Of a DNA stretch of 64,000 bases, positions 62,480-64,000 are shown one piece after another. Numbering within the stretch: position 1 is the stretch's first letter; every line of letters begins with the position of its first letter. A model generated the notes under the pieces. It was not told where the DNA came from and searched no databases. It saw only the letters and a program-made list of their open reading frames with translations. The DNA comes from Salinispira sp. (GTDB lineage Bacteria; Spirochaetota; Spirochaetia; DSM-27196; Salinispiraceae): the NCBI GenBank assembly GCA_965226555.1, contig CBDDDG010000021.1:256001-320000 (forward strand). Direction: 5' to 3'. The position numbers were made by a program, and so were the translations under genes.

Positions 62480-62585
62480 GTAATTTTGAAAAAACAGGAT
62501 TCAGGAGACAGATAGCACGATCCGCTGGGCGATTCGTAGCTGACAGAGGTTCGATTACTCTGCGCGCTATAAAAAGGAGGCTTTT

Positions 62586-63332
62586 GTGAAAAAGTTTATT
62601 GTTACAAGTTTACTATCGGTGTTGATAGTATTTGTGTTGGTTGCGGGATGTACCCCCCCCCCCGTTCAGGGTATGCCAGGTGAGCCTGGCCCGCAGGGAG
62701 AGCAAGGCATTCCGGGAGATGATGGTCAGCCCGGAGCCGATGGTCAGAAGGGAGATGATGGTCAGCCCGGAGCCGATGGTCAGAAGGGAGATGATGGTCA
62801 GCCCGGAGCCGATGGTCAGAAGGGAGATGATGGTCAGGACGGAGATGATGGCGCTGATGCTGTCGATCCGAATGATGGTATTGACCCTGATCCTGCCGCG
62901 CATGATCTGGAGACGACTACATTTGCGGTTGATACATGGCGCGAAGGTATCCATTGGAAAGCTGGTGTGTATATCGTGTATGTTCAGTTAGATAGAATGC
63001 GCTCTGGTACCATTGCTTCGTCAATGTATATTCAAGGAAAGCAATACGTTGCTGGTGATGTTATTTGGCTTGATCCATTGGGCAAAATTGTCGATCCGCC
63101 AGCGGTAGTTGTGGATTATACTATAAGTGATCCGTTTACCTTGGATGCAGATACCGTCTTTGACGGTATCACGTATAAGGGTGGTACGGAACTTATTGTA
63201 TATTCTGGCACCGGCACTGTCTACTCAGGGACGCTTGCTGAAGAAACGGCTATTGACGGGACAACCTACCCCGCTGGCACAGTCGTAACGCTTACTCCCA
63301 CAGGCGATGTTATTTCAACCGTTGCGCCGTAA
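62586..63332 (+). CDS. Collagen-like (Gly-X-Y) lipoprotein
   Basis: LVAGC lipobox; C11 tract; 36-bp GQPGADGQKGDD repeats. Confidence 0.8.
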   Translation: MKKFIVTSLLSVLIVFVLVAGCTPPPVQGMPGEPGPQGEQGIPGDDGQPGADGQKGDDGQPGADGQKGDDGQPGADGQKGDDGQDGDDGADAVDPNDGIDPDPAAHDLETTTFAVDTWREGIHWKAGVYIVYVQLDRMRSGTIASSMYIQGKQYVAGDVIWLDPLGKIVDPPAVVVDYTISDPFTLDADTVFDGITYKGGTELIVYSGTGTVYSGTLAEETAIDGTTYPAGTVVTLTPTGDVISTVAP

Positions 63333-63346
63333 GCGGCAATCCAATC

Positions 63347-63372
63347 CGTGGGTGGGGTTATCCCTACCCACG
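63347..63372 (+). terminator. Hairpin after the lipoprotein gene
   Basis: CGTGGGTGGGG-TTA-TCCCTACCCACG. Confidence 0.5.
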
Positions 63373-63537
63373 CCATATTTCGGGCTTACTGAATAAACGT
63401 TATTAATGCAAAAGTTTTAGTAAAGTTTTTTCAAAAAAAGCGAAAAAGGTATTTACTACCTGTTAGCAGATGTGCTATGGTGCAAGACTATTCATGAAAT
63501 AGGAGGAGTGGGAGATTTTTTATGATCTTCACGCTGT

Positions 63538-63591
63538 GAAATTTTTGCCGCTGGAAGTTGTGCAAGCACAATTTTCCAATGCACAAGTTTC
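63538..63591. mobile_element. 54-bp palindromic unit in the rRNA leader
   Basis: GCTGT/GCTTT flanks. Confidence 0.65.
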
Positions 63592-63921
63592 GCTTTGTTT
63601 TCATGAGTAACGATATTTGAAATTCCTGTGAAAACAGGGCTCAGGCTTATCATATAATGAGTATCTGAGTGTACCAGAGAAGGGGAGAGGAAGCGGCGAG
63701 GTGTAAGCGAAAGCTGTACTTGCTGTGGAATTGAAGAATCCGGGAAGTTGGGAACAGCGCAGTTGGAAACAACAAAGTTGGGAGCAATTTTTCGGAATGG
63801 GTAGAAAAAAGTAACGAGATCCTCTTGCGGCGACGAGTGCCGGAAGAGGAAACAACGCGAATTGGAAAAGAGAACATATGACCGCGTTCGTGAGATGCGA
63901 AAGCAATCACCGACGATGAAT

Positions 63922-64000
63922 ATGGTCAAGTAATGAAGCGTTTACGGAGGATGTCTTGGGACTATCCGGCGAAGAAGGTCGTGGTAAGCTGCGAAAAGTC
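63922..64000 (+). rRNA. rrl: 23S rRNA 5' end (partial)
   Basis: GGTCAAG...AAGCG...ACGGAGGATG...GGCGAAGAAGGTCGTGGTAAGCTGCGAAAAG matches the conserved 23S 5' pattern. Confidence 0.85.

Noticed and set aside
63492..63929. Minus-strand ORFs before the 23S gene
   Set aside because: They overlap the rRNA leader and a palindromic unit; no protein features.

Overview
Chromosomal window from a spirochaete (inferred from two FlaB core flagellins plus flaG and many lipoproteins). Housekeeping blocks are a MoxR-DUF58-transglutaminase-PQQ operon, acs, deoR-alr, radC, hom, fprA, infC-rpmI-rplT-zapB-zapA, flaB-flaB-flaG, tRNA-Ile and the start of a 23S rRNA not linked to a 16S gene. These alternate with accessory patches: FN3/DUF285 surface lipoproteins, Rpn (PD-(D/E)XK) genes, a GmrSD-like DUF262 pair and other defence remnants, an IS5-family element, and a probable beta-glucan utilisation locus. 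Main observations: (1) a dispersed palindromic element family built on an 11-bp end motif (GAAA[C/G/A]TTTTGC...GCAAAA[C/G]TTT[C/G]) occurs as 27, ~40, ~54, ~125 and 168 bp units, many flanked by 5-bp target duplications, including bare 27-bp units; (2) Rpn nuclease halves are repeatedly inactivated while the internally initiated C-terminal peptides (RpnS-like) stay intact and appear to exchange tails; (3) homopolymeric G/C tracts lie in or beside three lipoprotein signal peptides, two of them out of frame; (4) an interleaved A-B-A'-B' duplication encloses the DUF262 cassette. All calls come from reading the sequence; no database searches were run.
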